64,000 nt of DNA from Eledone cirrhosa (Eukaryota), in the NCBI GenBank assembly GCA_964016885.1, contig OZ024761.1, positions 15,004,001-15,068,000 on the forward strand. Reading direction: 5' to 3'. The notes under the pieces are model-generated. The model saw only the letters and a list, made by a program, of their open reading frames with translations, did no database searches and was not told the DNA's origin. Positions 43,384 to 58,745 of the stretch are shown here, in pieces (the stretch's first letter is position 1; every line of letters begins with the position of its first letter). The translations under genes and the position numbers were made by a program.

Positions 43384-43929
43384 CGTTTATGTATATACAT
43401 GTATTTATTTATATTGACAGTCGATCGACTTTCGTCAAATGGGACCGAGGGAACAATGTTTCCGCTGGTCTTTCCAATTGCTAATACTATCTATCGCTCG
43501 CAACTCCAGGTAGAAGGAGCAACATGAAATAAAGTGTCTTGCTCAAGGACATAACGCATCGCCTGGTCCAGGAATCGAACTCACAACCTCACGATTGCGA
43601 ATCCAATTCTCTAACCATTCAATATACATATATATATATAGGGTAGTGCGTTGACAGAATCAGTAGAGCGTCATCGGATAATATGCTTTGCGGCATGTAG
43701 TTATGGCCCTTTACATTCTGAGTTCAAATCCTGCTACGGTTAATTTTGCCTTTCACCCTTACAAAGGTCGATAAACTAAAGTACCAGTAATGCACTGGGA
43801 GTTGATTTAATTGACTCCCCCCCCCCCTCCCAAAAATTGTTGGCCTTGTGCTTAAATCAGAAATTATATATATATGTGTGTGTGTGTGTACATGTATGTG
43901 TAGATATAAGCATATACATATACACACAG

Positions 43930-43991
<62 letters not shown>

Positions 43992-43992
43992 G

Positions 43993-44025
<33 letters not shown>

Positions 44026-44058
44026 GTATATATATGTATATATATATATATGTATATA

Positions 44059-44108
<50 letters not shown>

Positions 44109-44112
44109 TATA

Positions 44113-44207
<95 letters not shown>

Positions 44208-44642
44208 ATATATATGTATATATATATATATATGTATATATATATGTATATATATATATATATATATATAATGGCCAGTTTCCATCATTATTGTGATATT
44301 TCTCCATGCTATATAGACCACTCTACCCCCACCCCAATGCCATGCCCCACCCTCCACCCCGTTCCCTAGGACCTCACATCTGCCATCTTGCCATTTCTTT
44401 ACTCGAAATTGCCTTTTTCTCCTCTGGCTCTTCGTGGGACGGTGACTTGATTTGTTGCTTGTTTGAACTACAATAACTAGTTTTGCAATAACTTTATACC
44501 TTATATGTCATGTCTGTGTATGTATATATTTATTTATATATATATATATATGTGCATATGTACATCTATATGTGTGTATGTATATTTATATATGTATGTA
44601 TATGTGTGTGTGTGTGTATATATATATATATGTGTTTGTATG

Positions 44643-44679
<37 letters not shown>

Positions 44680-45399
44680 GTATATATATGTAAATGTATG
44701 TATGTATATATATATATATATGTTATGTATGTATGTATTTATATATATATGTATGTGTGTATATATTTTTTTATGTGTATATATATATCTATGTTTGTAT
44801 GTATATATTTGCATTTGTGTGTGTGTGGTGTAATAATGAACAAGTAATAAGAGAGCTCTATATCAGTAGAAGATCTCTATATTTGTGTGAAGAATACAGA
44901 ACAGATGTAGAGATATATTATCTCAAATAAAATTATCTGCTCAAATAGGAAACCAGACTGTAGCCAATATAGTGTTGTGTAATATTGTTATAAGGCATGC
45001 ATTTATATATGTGTGTGTGTATAATATATATATATATATATTACAGTAGCTATGTGACCTCTGACACCGATTCCTGTCTTCTTCTCCCCCCCCCCCCCCT
45101 GTGTATTTTGATCTCAACCAAAATGTGGTTCTCTAATTATTCAGCTTCTTTAGACCATCTTGCACCATCTCTTCAAAAGTGTTTGTATTTTCCTCCTCCC
45201 CTTCCTCTTTCTCTTCTTCTTCCTACTACTAACATATCAATGTCTCAGTTCCCCACCTCCCACTACCACCCACGTCCACCATCTTTATTCTTGTGTTTCT
45301 TGAATTTGGACCAAATTGTTCTTTTCACCTCCTCCTGTCACCAGAGGTGTTACATCACCAGATTCAATCCATCATCCTGCATATATATGTATGTCTATA

Positions 45400-45463
<64 letters not shown>

Positions 45464-45662
45464 GGAAAAAAGTCAGAACCCCAACGGCTGAGCTCCAGCT
45501 GTTTCGACAGCTAGATCAGAACTGTTTGGATCTAGCTGTCGAAACGGCTGGAGCTCATTCGTCAAGAGTCCTGACTATTTTCCTATTACCCACTCTACTA
45601 CCATAAGTATTGAGTACTCTGGTGCGTTATGGTCCTCCTGGTATCTTACCACACCCTCTTTG

Positions 45663-45694
<32 letters not shown>

Positions 45695-46311
45695 TAACTA
45701 TGTGTGTGCAGCTGTTGAAACAGCGAGAGCTTATCCGTCGAGCCTCGACTCTTTCTGATTCAGTCACACTCTATTATCCCAAATATCGAGTACTCTGTTG
45801 AGTAATGGTCTAACTAGTTTAACCCTTTAACATTTACATGACTCTATATATACTATTGTATTTTTGTGGTAAAAGCTTTATCTTACATAATTATTCTCAC
45901 ATAATATCAAATCTATGAGATTTTATATTATTTATTTTGAGAACAATACCTTAATATAAGTATGAGCAGCCAGATATGGCTGGTTTGAACAGAAAGAAGT
46001 GAGAGAATTCTGGCCGGTTTAAATGCTAAAGGGTTTAAACTAGTCCTAACCTGATAAATATATGCACATATATATATATACACACACACACACATATTCC
46101 CATCTCTTCCACACATACACACAGGTGTATATATATATATATATATATATATGGAATGTAGAAAAGTAACACACAAGTTGATATATATAAACAAATAGTA
46201 AAAAGGAAAAAAGTTTTTTCAGTAGAAAATGGTGGAGAGATTTTTTCAGTATAATATCAAAACATTTATTTATAAAGTGGTTATTTCCGCATTTAATATA
46301 TATATATATAT

Positions 46312-46375
<64 letters not shown>

Positions 46376-46427
46376 TCATCATTATCACCGTTTTATGTCC
46401 GTTTATCCACGCTACCATGGGTTAGAC

Positions 46428-46475
<48 letters not shown>

Positions 46476-46745
46476 ATATATAACCATCTCCTCCAGACAC
46501 GTGCCTAAAGTAGAAACAATTATTATTGTGGATTGGCAGTATCGGTAGAGCGTCAGACACCATGCTTTGTGGCAGAGAGTTACGGCCCTTGCCATTCTGA
46601 GTTCATATCCCGCCAGTGTTAGCTTTGCCTTTCATCCTTACGAGGTCGATAAAATAAAGTACCAGTAATACACTGGCGTAATTGCTGGCCTTGTGCCTAA
46701 ACTAGAAACAATTATTATTATTATTATAATTATTAGTAGTAGTAC

Positions 46746-46780
<35 letters not shown>

Positions 46781-47532
46781 TTGGTATTTTGCCCTGCATT
46801 GTTTAGCACCTCACGTCTTTTCTGATCCAATCTTGGGCAACACTAGTTGTTTTTATTTTGCCTTTCACGTTTTTTTTTGTTTTCTTTTCTTTTTTTACTT
46901 AGATAAGTTCAGAGTTGGGTATATGTTGACGATGTGACAAGGAGTGGGAGGGGGACAGAATATAGTATGGAGGGTAGTGATGTGGCGATGGTGGTGGTGG
47001 GGGTGGTGATGATGTGTATATTTGTGTGGGCGTGTGCATGTGTGTGTTGATGAAACGAAGAGTAATGAGAAGAAAAAAAACAAATAAAAGATAGCAGATA
47101 CCCACACACACAAGATTTTGAGCCACCCTGCCCCTTCTTCCTACCTGCTAAATCAGGGGTTAGCTCCATGGGCCCTGCTCAAGCAGGGTTTAGACATGTG
47201 GTCTTCATTATATGAATTTCTTTCTCTGAGGTCGTGTTTTGCTGCCGGATTTTTGACAGAAATATACTTAGCTGATGTAATTAGCTGCAAGACCTAATTA
47301 GATGAAATTAACTCAATTATTTACCTCCACAACCCTCTCCTCCATGTCTCCACACATACACCCCTACTCCATCACCTCATCTGCCAACACCACTCATATG
47401 ACCTTGTGCCTAGTCAAAAGATATTTTCAAAATATGTTACAATTGAACTAAACAATAAATAAATTCAGTTTTGTTCTAGAAGTTGACTGGAAATGAAAGG
47501 AAAATTTATATATTTTAATACATGGTATTTGT

Positions 47533-47647
47533 TACGCATTCAAGAAACCATCAGTTTCATAGATACTGTTGACGAAGTAACATATTTTACATTATCAAAA
47601 GTTGTATGTATGCCTTGTCATGGCTAATCATCAGTCTTGAATGTGTA
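47533..47647 (-). ncRNA. Hammerhead ribozyme with 13-bp stem I (one mismatch)
   Basis: Minus strand tacacattcaaga-CTGATGA-ttag...ctat-GAAACTGATGGTT-tcttgaatgcgta. Confidence 0.78.
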
Positions 47648-48141
47648 AATATCCAGAACGGTGGTTACAATTTTCAAAATTATATCGGTGGGGGTGGGGG
47701 CGTGGTGCAAAGGGTGGCTACTCCATATGGTCAAAGGAGTGAGTAACATAATCAGTTGTTTGTATGTGCCACAAGAAAGGGGTGGGGGTGAGGCAAAATG
47801 GTCGAGCTTGATGGAGAGTGTGGGGGGATGGCAAAATGTTTCATTACCATACAAAGATATGTGGGTGGCACACACAAAAACAAAAGTGAGGGATAAGTTT
47901 GCCAAATTGTGTAAATGAAGGGGGACAACAACAATATTAAATGCTACAGCAACAACAAAACAAAATGGACATAATATGTTAGATGATAAATATATATATA
48001 GATGTATGGACATGTATGTATGTGTGTGTGTATATGTTTGTATATATATATGTGTATAAATGTATGTATGTATATATATTTGTATATATATATGTGTGTG
48101 TGTGTGTGTGTCTGTATGTGTGTATATATAAATATATATTA

Positions 48142-48173
<32 letters not shown>

Positions 48174-48176
48174 CAT

Positions 48177-48241
<65 letters not shown>

Positions 48242-48835
48242 CACATATATATGAATATATATATATATATGTGTGTCTGTATGTATGTATATATATATAT
48301 ATATATACACCCATGCTATATATATATATATAAACCCATGCTAGCGTGGAAGATAGCCGTTAAACGATGACCACATACACACACATATATAAATATATAT
48401 ATATACACACAAACACACATATATATATACACATAAACACATATTTTGAAAATGTGTCTAACAACTTCTATACTAACATCAACAATAATTATAATTATTA
48501 AAAACAATTAAAGCGCCATCCATCATTTAACATTAACGATGTATTTATATATATATAAATTTAATTATATTAGAATGATTTTTAATTTATTTCTTAGAAT
48601 TTGGATCTGGTGGGGGGTCTTTTATCTCTCTTTTGTTTTATATCTGTATCTTGGTTTTTTTTATATAGTTTTATGTTTGTTTTTTTGTGTCTTTTTAATA
48701 ATTTGTTTTTGTTTTCTTTGTTTTTTTTTGTTTTTTTTTTTTTGTAATTTATTTTCGTGATTTTCTTGTCGGAATTGAAATCATTTTTCCCTCTCTCCTG
48801 CTTTGTGTCTGCATGTATGTATGTGTATATATATG

Positions 48836-48880
<45 letters not shown>

Positions 48881-49129
48881 GTATATATATATATGTATAT
48901 ATATATGTATATATATATATAAGTATATGTATATATGTATATGTATATATATATATATGTGTATATATATATTTATATATGTATATATATGTGTATATAT
49001 GTATATGTGCATATGTATATATATATATTATATATATATATATATATATTGTGTATATATATATACATTATGTATAATGAGCCAGACAATTAAATTCCGT
49101 CTCTATATGTGTGTGTATGTATATATATA

Positions 49130-49166
<37 letters not shown>

Positions 49167-49342
49167 GGGTGTGTTGGTGTTAGTCTGTCAACAGACCAGT
49201 ATCCACCCATGACTCTCCATCCTATTTGTTTTTTGTTCATTGACTACTTTAACCACCACCCCACCCGACACACGAATATATCAAACTTTGTCTTCTTTCT
49301 CTTTTTTCTTTCTTTTCATGTATTTTATTATTATTATTACTA

Positions 49343-50092
49343 TTGGCAGAATCGGTGGAGCATCGGACGTCATAGAGTTACGTCCCTTTACGTTCTGAGT
49401 TCAAATCCCGCTGGGGTTAACTTTGCCTTTCATCCTTACAGGGTCGATAAAATAAAGTACCATTAATGCACTGGGGTTGATTCAATCAACCCCCCCCCCC
49501 AAAAAGAGAAAATTGCTGGCCTTGTTCCTATAGTAAAATCATTATCATTATTATTTGGCAGTATCGGTAGAGGGTCAGACAACATGCCTTGCAGCACAGA
49601 GTTACGCCCCTTTCTGATCTGAGTTCAAATCCCGCCGAGGTTAACTTTGCCTTTCATCCTTACGGGGTCGATAAAATAAAGTACCAGTAATGCACTGGGG
49701 TAATTGCTGGCCTTGTGCCAAAAGTAGAAACAATTATTATTATTTAGTAACATGGCGAAGGATAGGCAGTATCAGTAGAGTGTCAGACACCATGCTTTGC
49801 AGCATAGAGTTATGACCCTTTACGTTCTGAGTTCAAATCCCATCGCGGTTAACTTTGCCTTTAATCCTTGCGGAGTAGATTAAATAAAGTACCAGTAATG
49901 CACTGGGTAATTGCTGGCCTTGTGTCATGCTTTGCAGCATAGAGTTACGCCCCTTTTATGGTCTGAATTCAAATCCCGTCGAGGTTAACTTTGCCTTTCA
50001 TCCTTACGGGGGTCGATAAAATAAAGTACCAGTAATGCACTGGGATAATTGCTGGCCCCTTGTGCCAAAAGTAGAAACAATTATTATTATTT
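49343..50092 (+). mobile_element. Meta-like SINE tandem of about 4 (other copies: 43641-43865 +, 46500-46725 +, 6071-6293 -, 11311-11475 -, 54395-54577 -, 58298-58398 -)
   Basis: Repeated unit as at 14548. Confidence 0.88.
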
Positions 50093-51316
50093 TAATCTGG
50101 GTATATTGTGCGTGTGCGTGTGTGTGTGATTTTTTAGGCAGATTTGGCTGGAGATGTGAATAGGGTTCAGTGACCTTAAAGGTGAACGAGGAGTATATGA
50201 GGGGATAATTACCCCAGCACCGCCAGCACCACCAGCACCACCATCCTTCCCTTGGTTGGAGAAGGTGTGTCACAGCTGGGCCAGTGACTCAGCACCGCCA
50301 CCCCCACCATAAACAACAGCGGTTTGTGTTATGACTTTGCCTGAGTTGCTGTTGTTGTTGTTGTTGTTGTCAATGATTATGATGATGATGATGATGATGT
50401 CACCAGCAGCAGCACAGTGGCCGAGTATGTGTGTGTGTTTGTGTTTGTGTGTGTGTGTGTGTGTTTGTGTGTGTGAGTGTGTGTGTGTGTGTGTGTGAGT
50501 GTGTGTGAGTGTGTGTGTTGTCGTTTTCAATGATGATCATGACTCGACGATGGTGATGGAGATAGTGATGATGATGATGATGAATAAGATGGCGATGGTT
50601 ACTATGATGGTGATCTTCATAATAGTGATGATGATGAGTAAGATGGTGATGGTGGTGATGATGGTGATGATGGTGATGGTGATGATGGTGGTGATGGTGA
50701 TGGTGATGATGGTGATGCTGGTGATGATGGTGATGATGATTGAGATGGAATAAATTAATCTGTGAATCATTCGGTCAACATTGAGGAAGAGATGCCACGT
50801 AATTTCGGCTGCTGCCTCCACAAACAGATGCCGGTCACTTCAGTCCCACCACCACCACCATCTGTTGCTGTTGTTGGCTGCTGTTGTTGTTGGTGTTGAT
50901 GATGATGATGATGATGATGATGAAGAAATTCTTATCTACAAGTCATTCAATAGTTTTGAAAAAATCAAAAAAATCTTTAAAAAAAAAATCAACAATATAA
51001 AAACATATAATAATTTAAACAGACAGTTAAATTAATTAATTAATAAACAAACAAACAAACAAAAAAATATTCAGAAGAGAAATCGTTCAGTTCATTAACA
51101 AATAAATTAATTAAATCAATTTTTTTTTTAATTTTATTTTATTTTATTTTATTTTATTTTATTTTATTTTATTTTTTTTTTTTGTAAATTTTAATTTAAA
51201 TTTTTTATTTTAACCTGTAATCATAATCACACACATATATATATGTGTGTGTATATATATATACATAGATATGTATGTACATTATATATATATATATATA
51301 TATACATACATACATA

Positions 51317-51356
<40 letters not shown>

Positions 51357-51664
51357 GAGATATGTGTATGTACATCACATATATATAAATATTCATAGAT
51401 TTTTTTTTTTTCAGAAATTTTTTCCTTAACTTTTATTTCTTATTTATCTACTGCACCCCTACTCCCCATCCACCCTACCTATGCCACCACTCACAACTAA
51501 AGCCCCTACCACCCACACCTCGTTGCTGCCGCCACCCCTATCCTCCACAAAGCACCTGTATATCTCGTTCTCTTATTTGTTCTTAATTAAAGATTTCCAA
51601 GTCAGTTAACGACCATTTAATCAGCACTCTTTTTCTCTTTTGTTTCCCCATTTTCTTTTTCTTT

Positions 51665-51717
<53 letters not shown>

Positions 51718-51886
51718 CATTTGGGTTGTATATTGTTTTCTTTTGTTTGTTTTTTTAAAAATATTTTTTCCCCATATATATATATATATATTTTTTTCTT
51801 TTTGCCAGTATGAGTTATATACTATATAATATATATATTATACATAGTGTGTGTGTGCGTTTAACAAATATATATATTTATATATT

Positions 51887-51928
<42 letters not shown>

Positions 51929-52279
51929 CACAAATGCACACACAAGCACACATGTATACGGTGTGAATTTATGTATAAATACATAGCTTTTATGTATACA
52001 TATGTATATATGTATATATATGCATATGTGTGTGTGTGTGTGTGTGTATATATAAATTATCATATATATGTGCTCTTTCACTGGTCTCAGTCATTGGGCT
52101 GTGGCCATAGTGGAGCACCGCCTTCAACGTTTTTTTTGTTTAGTCGAACATATCGACCCGAGAACCTATTTTATCGATCTCTATTTATCGAATGGCTAAC
52201 TTTACCTTTTGACATAAAGGGACACAACTCAACGCACACATTGACACCAATAAACACAAAACACAGACACACACACACA

Positions 52280-52316
<37 letters not shown>

Positions 52317-52469
52317 CTACGGCTTTGATATAAATACCCCCTCCGCCTCCGTGGTATTTTTTTCAGGGTTATAAGAGGCTTAGCTCTGTTTCTTGACTGC
52401 TGTATCACGTGATTGACTCCCCCTCCGCCTTTCGGGATTCTATCTCGCGTCCTACGGACGTGTTTTGAA

Positions 52470-52577
52470 ACTCTTAATGAGGTATCCTCTTGATAAGTCG
52501 GCAGACCTCACAAAAATTCTATATCTCTGTGATGTAGTATTTTTGCATAATATGCCACGAAACTACGTAGTCGGGGA
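52470..52577 (+). ncRNA. Degenerate hammerhead with long stem II insert
   Basis: ctc-TTAATGA-ggtat...atgcc-ac-GAAACTACGTAGTC-gggg (palindromic stem III, GUC site). Confidence 0.5.
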
Positions 52578-52918
52578 CTAAAGAAGCAGTTTAGGTATGA
52601 TATATCTTATTATTAATTATATCTAATGTTTCTTCTCTCTTCATAATATATATATATATATTCCTACGGACTATGTGTAGGCTTCTACATAACCTGGACA
52701 TTATTTTCCCAATTTGTAGAAAACTTATAATGAAACGATCGTTTGGAAAGAGAGATGTATTTTAATTATGTCTCATATAAAATAATACAACTGGCTATCC
52801 GCAAAATACGTATAGTTAGCACCCCAAACGCATATTTGGGATTATACTAAGGTATATCCTAATGTTTGTTGAGTGAGACGGAAGCCGGTCGGAGTATTGC
52901 TTAAAGCTTTCTCTGTAT

Positions 52919-52954
<36 letters not shown>

Positions 52955-53363
52955 CGTCAAGTATGAAATTTGTTGAAATTTGTAGAAAAAAAACAAATTT
53001 CTTCGAATTTCATACTTGACAACCCCAATATATAGAGACATTCTTCCTAACGTCACAAAATTGTATGTTTTTTTTTTTTATAGCTTAATGGCTATAAATT
53101 AATGTTTGTCATTTGTCTCTTACTCCTTTAACAACATTTGGCTTATGTCAGAAACTGTGACTCTGGATTGACTAGCAGTACCGTTGCTAGGGTTTGAAAC
53201 TGCCTAAGTCCATCTCAATGGCCGATGACCATGGAGTAGTGTCCTTGGAGTTCTGTTTGTATATTTATTTTTTAACAGTAATTTTTTAAGGTTTCCCCTT
53301 ACAAAATTGTTTTTCATTTTGTTTCGTTTCCGTTCATTGTCTTGTCGTTTCTTTGTTAATTTT

Positions 53364-53410
<47 letters not shown>

Positions 53411-53413
<3 letters not shown>

Positions 53414-53630
53414 TAGCCACACAGTTTCCATCTACTGACTTTCACTCAGAAGGCATTGGTCAACACAAGACTATATGCTAGAAGACATTTGTCCAAAGTG
53501 CCATATAGTGGGATTGAACTGAGAATCATGATGTGGTGAAGTGGACTTCTTAGCCTCACAACTTTGTATGTATGTTTCTTTCAAAATATCCTGTTCAAAT
53601 GTTTATGATTCAGCAATGTATATGTGTGTC

Positions 53631-53670
<40 letters not shown>

Positions 53671-53734
53671 TGTATATATAACTTTAACTTTGATAGGTTT
53701 TGGCCAGTGCCAGTATTGGCCTAGGCCATGTCTA

Positions 53735-53781
<47 letters not shown>

Positions 53782-54000
53782 GGTAGCCACACAGTTTCCA
53801 TCTACTGACTTTCACTCAGAAGGCATTGGTCAACACAAGACTATATGCTAGAAGACATTTGTCCAAAGTGCCATATAGTGGGATTGAACTGAGAATCATG
53901 ATGTGGTGAAGTGGACTTCTTAGCCTCACAACTTTGTATGTATGTTTCTTTCAAAATATCCTGTTCAAATGTTTATGATTCAGCAATGTATATGTGTGTC

Positions 54001-54040
<40 letters not shown>

Positions 54041-54104
54041 TGTATATATAACTTTAACTTTGATAGGTTTTGGCCAGTGCCAGTATTGGCCTAGGCCATG
54101 TCTA

Positions 54105-54110
<6 letters not shown>
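53411..54110. repeat. 370-bp tandem duplication containing an old SINE fragment (-)
   Basis: tggtagccac at 53411 and 53781; copies essentially identical. Confidence 0.9.
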
Positions 54111-54144
<34 letters not shown>

Positions 54145-54923
54145 GTATATATATATATATTATGTATATGTTTATTTGAAAATAATTTGTTCAAATATTT
54201 GTGATAAGCTCTAATGAAATTTTTCAGTCATGCAAGCTTAATGTGTATCTGGTAGTGGATTTATGGATGGTTGGGTGCGACTAGGTGGACTATTGTCAGA
54301 GGTGCCCACGTGCCACCCTTCCCAAATATCTAAAGGGGCCCAAAATGAAGATTTTTTGACACATAAAACCAGAATATAGTCTTCAACAATAATAACTATT
54401 TCTACTTTTGGTACAAGGCCAGAAATCTAAAAGTAAGGGGGAAAGTAAATTAAGTCAACCCCTGAAGGACAAAAGACAAAGTTAACCTCAGTGGGATTTG
54501 AACTTAGAATTTAAATGGCCATAACTCTATGCCACAAAGCATGTTGTACAAGGCTCTGCCTGTTCTACCAATCCACGGTCTTCAAACTTCAACAGTAACA
54601 ATAGACATACCTCTGTTATCTTGTAACCATTCCAAAATTTGAGTGTATAGGGTCACTGGCTCCTTAGGTCACAGGGTTCCTGGATCACTGGGTCACCAAG
54701 TCACACTTGTTGGGGGGCTGAAATTGTGAACTGTTTCATCTCTACTGATCCAAGATCGAATATGGTTCTTACTATTGCTGTCACTCCGACTACTCGTGCC
54801 CCCCCCCCCCCCCCCTCCAGGCACCCTGTGCTCCCACTTTGACTTTCCATTCTCCTCTCTTGATTCATCCAAGGTAGGTGGCTTAGTGGACGTTAATGGG
54901 GTGGCTGCCATAGCATATATATA

Positions 54924-54990
<67 letters not shown>

Positions 54991-55061
54991 GTATATATGT
55001 ATATATATGTATATATATATATGTATATATATGTATATATATATATGTATGTATATATATG

Positions 55062-55166
<105 letters not shown>

Positions 55167-55649
55167 GTATATGTATATATGTATATATATATATATATAG
55201 GTCAGTTTGTGTTCATGTGTAAGCACATACACACTACAGATGCACATACACATACAAACAAACATCTATATACATACATATGCACACAGACATCTACACA
55301 CACACACACACACACACACAGAAAGCCATATAAACTTCATTTTTGTCTTTCAGGGTTTAAGTTTTTGATTTTTGCATTATAAACTTTTTTATTTTATTTT
55401 ATTTTATTTTATTTTATTTTAATTTTTTTTTTCTATTTTACTCTTCCTCCTTTTCCTTCTCCTCCTTCCTCTTCTTCAATTGGTTTGTGTAAATGTCTCT
55501 CCCTACTCTCTCTCTCCACCTCCTTCTTCCTCCCTTTCGAGGAAAGGTGGTAATTGTGTCTGTGAGATAGAGACAGGGGAGGACATTCAGTTTGTCTCCC
55601 TAATATAAAGGGATCACAGCAACAACAATCTCGATATCGTGAATATATT

Positions 55650-55720
55650 TGTATATTTCTGTAAATAAAAGATAATTTTTCAAAAAAAAAAAAAGGCTAT
55701 TGTTGTTTTCTTTATTGGGT
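55650..55720 (+). terminator. Candidate polyadenylation site
   Basis: TGTA x2, AATAAA 55664-55669, CA at 55681, downstream GT/T-rich tattgttgttttcttt. Confidence 0.4.
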
Positions 55721-55869
55721 TATAGTATATATACACACATATATGTGTACCTGTTGTATCATAAATGTACTTGAAGACAAAACACAGTGTAAGAATTAAA
55801 TCTTGTTTTTAAATGTCTTGCTTTTTCCTCCATATATTTTTGATTGTATGTATATATATAGAGAGAGAG

Positions 55870-56097
55870 AAATAGAAGCTTTCGCCGTATTTTTTGTCTA
55901 AAGAAATTTTAGCCTGATAGTGGGATTTAGAACCCTCTAAGAAATGGAAAAAGATGAACATTGAACCTTTTTCCATTTCTTAGAGGGTTCTAAATCCTAC
56001 TGTCAGGCTAAAATTTCTTTAGTCAAAAAATACGGCGAGAGCTTCTATTTTTATTTCAAACTCGCTCGCTTTTTAAAAACAAACTTACTTGTTAGTA
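55870..56097 (+). mobile_element. Fold-back element
   Basis: About 84-bp arms 55870-55953 / 55967-56050 with a 13-nt loop; short degenerate tail. Confidence 0.7.
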
Positions 56098-56157
56098 TAT
56101 ATATATGTAAAAACAATAGATAAATCACCAAGGTTCAACGATTAATTCATTATTTAT

Positions 56158-56232
56158 TTGATCTACACATGTTTCATTCACTAAAGATATTCTTTACACT
56201 ACTTTTATAGAGAGATCAATCATCAGGACCAA
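56158..56232 (-). ncRNA. Hammerhead ribozyme
   Basis: Minus strand ttggtc-CTGATGA-...-GAAACATGTGTA-gatcaa; stem II weak. Confidence 0.7.
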
Positions 56233-56993
56233 TCATATATAACGTAAAAAATGTTTAATTACCGACTGATGTGTGAGTGTACCATCATTGTTGAAGCAAC
56301 AAAAGAAAATACCGTTAACTAATTCTGGCAAGTATACCAACTGGATTTACCTCTGAAATAACCTTCACTAATCTGGATATAGAATAAACCATATCTGAGT
56401 TTTAGATATCAGAATACCTTACTGTTGTATTATCAACTTATAGAATTTACCATACATATATATATATATATCATCATCATCGTTTAACGTCTATCTTCCA
56501 CGCTAGCATCGGTTAGACGGAAATTGTTTCATTTGAGACAAGATTGGTCGGGTGACAGTGTCTCGGTCGTATAGGACTATCTGGCAAGTTTTCTACAGCT
56601 GGATGCCCTTCCTAACACAAACCACATTTACAGTGTGGACTGGGAGCTTTTTACCGTGTTACCTACACAACCACATTACAACATGGACTGTGTATTTTTT
56701 TTTTATATATATATGATGTGTATATATATATCATAAAATATGTCTATAGAATCACAAGATAAAATATATACCATTTCCTCTCCCAATTAGCATAATTAAC
56801 TATATAAAAATCGAATAGACCAGGCTATAAGAATGAGGCTTCTATGAAGAAATCTTCAACAAATCACCGAAACTAGCCCTTCGTGTCGGCCGCAACGGAA
56901 TATTTATCGAATATTTTGACCGCGTAATCGCCCAGATACAGTCAACTAAACAGAATTAGGTGTAAAATAAACTAGGAGAAAATAGAATACATT

Positions 56994-57037
<44 letters not shown>

Positions 57038-57043
<6 letters not shown>

Positions 57044-57215
57044 CAATGAGAGAAGGCACACAATAAATTATGTTTGATAATAGGGGATAAAATTATAATT
57101 TATGATGTACCTTCTCTCATTGCTATGATTTATAATGAGCTCGGTCTCTCTTCCTTGAGCTCCCTTCATCATAGGGATTTATTGTGAGTTTCTAACTCTA
57201 TATTATAATTTGATG
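57038..57215 (+). mobile_element. Fold-back with tail
   Basis: atagcaatgagagaagg / ccttctctcattgctat arms; GCTC-gg..cc-tt-GAGC hairpin. Confidence 0.65.
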
Positions 57216-57349
57216 TATATACATATACAATTAGAATTTGATTTCTCGCTCTAGTATAGCTGATTACATAATTGTAAGTATTCTTCTTGTGACGCTAAAC
57301 TCTGCCAGTCGCAGACTGCGCATTAACATGTGATATCTCTCTCCACAAA

Positions 57350-57810
57350 TTTTGATAACCAGCAGCAGAGTTTATAGAGCAAAGATCAAGTCCAGTTCAT
57401 AAGTTGACATTATCAAGCCATTGTTTTGGCTGCTGGCCACTGCTTCTCTTACCAGCCAACCTTCCTTCCAGGTATAACCTACTCATACCACAAGTTCTTT
57501 TTATATGACCATATAGTTTGAGTACTCTTGACTTGACAATTCATGTAATTGGTCTAAGTTTGGTAATGTTGAGCAGCTCACTGATACAGATACGGTCGCT
57601 GAGCCGCTTGCCAGTCATAAGTCTCATGATGTGGTTCTGGAAGGTAGAGAGCTTCTGAAGTGACCTTGTCGTCCAATTAACACAGTCAAGACCATATAAC
57701 ACAGCTGGTAGGATGTAAGTATCAAAGATTTTAACCTTCAAATGATAGGAAACTTGTTTTGATGTTAGTACTACCTTGTTCTTGTTGAAAGCTGCCCAAC
57801 CTAGAGCATA
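57350..57810 (-). mobile_element. LINE (RTE-like) RT C-terminal fragment
   Basis: LGWAAF, KVKIFDTYILPAVLYGLDC, FQNHIMR, LKLYGHIKR, LEGRLAGKRSSGQQPKQWLDNV, with stops. Confidence 0.8.
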
Positions 57811-58080
57811 AGTATAGGTTATATCGAATATTATTATTATTTGATATGACCCATACTTATACACACATATATATATATAAGTATGGGTCATATCAAAACA
57901 AGTTTCCTATCATTTGAAGGCTAAGATCTTTGTGTAAGCTGGGGAAAAAACCATACAATCTTAACTCAAAATAAAATCAAGAATGAAATACTTAGCCTTC
58001 AATTTGGGGAAATCTTATATATATTTATATATAGTAAATTCTATAAATTGATAAGGCATTAAAATATTTAAAGCTCAGAG

Positions 58081-58211
58081 TGTTTCTGAGGAGGACGGCC
58101 AATTAAATAGGGATTTCGAGGCTAGAAATAGGTAGTAACTTAACCACTACCATGCTGGTTGATACATCGATCTCCATTAATCAACCGACCTTCCGAAATG
58201 ATCGTGGAGCA
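58081..58211 (+). ncRNA. Degenerate hammerhead with long stem II insert
   Basis: tgttt-CTGAGGA-ggacgg...ccttcc-GAAATGATCGTG-gagca; the cleavage-site base is G, so probably inactive. Confidence 0.55.
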
Positions 58212-58530
58212 GTGAACTAACTATCTACTTACACCTGACTTCTGTTTTTTTATTGTTCTATGCACAAACTCATATATGTATTTATAACTTTAATAATAAT
58301 TGTTTCTACGTTTGGCACAAGGCCAGCAATTATCCAGTGCATTACTGGTACTTTATTTTATTGACCCCGTAAGGATGAAAGGCAAAGTTAACCTCGGTAT
58401 ATAACTTTAATAATAATAACAGTGTTGCTATTATTTGGTATAGACTTAACCAGAGGGTTTAAAGCTCAATACAATAGGGTTCTTATTCTATAAATATATA
58501 CATATATATATATATATACATACATATATA

Positions 58531-58745
58531 TCTATCTATCTATCTAGGGCGGGTAAAATTCCCGAGATCCATGGACGAGTTCTCTCCAGCGGTCTCTGTC
58601 CCACATTATTGCTGCCATGTCCTGCGTCTCCAACAGACCAGTGTCTGTCCTTAGGGCATCAACATATGTTAACTTCGGTCTACCTCTTCCAGTGTGTCCA
58701 TACGAGCTCAAGCTGAAGCATATGTACAGTATGCCCCACTCTCCA
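58531..58745 (-). mobile_element. LINE ORF2 extreme C-terminus with (ATAG)n tail
   Basis: GRGRPKLTYVDALRTDTG...DRDRWRELV then a stop followed directly by the tandem tail. Confidence 0.75.
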
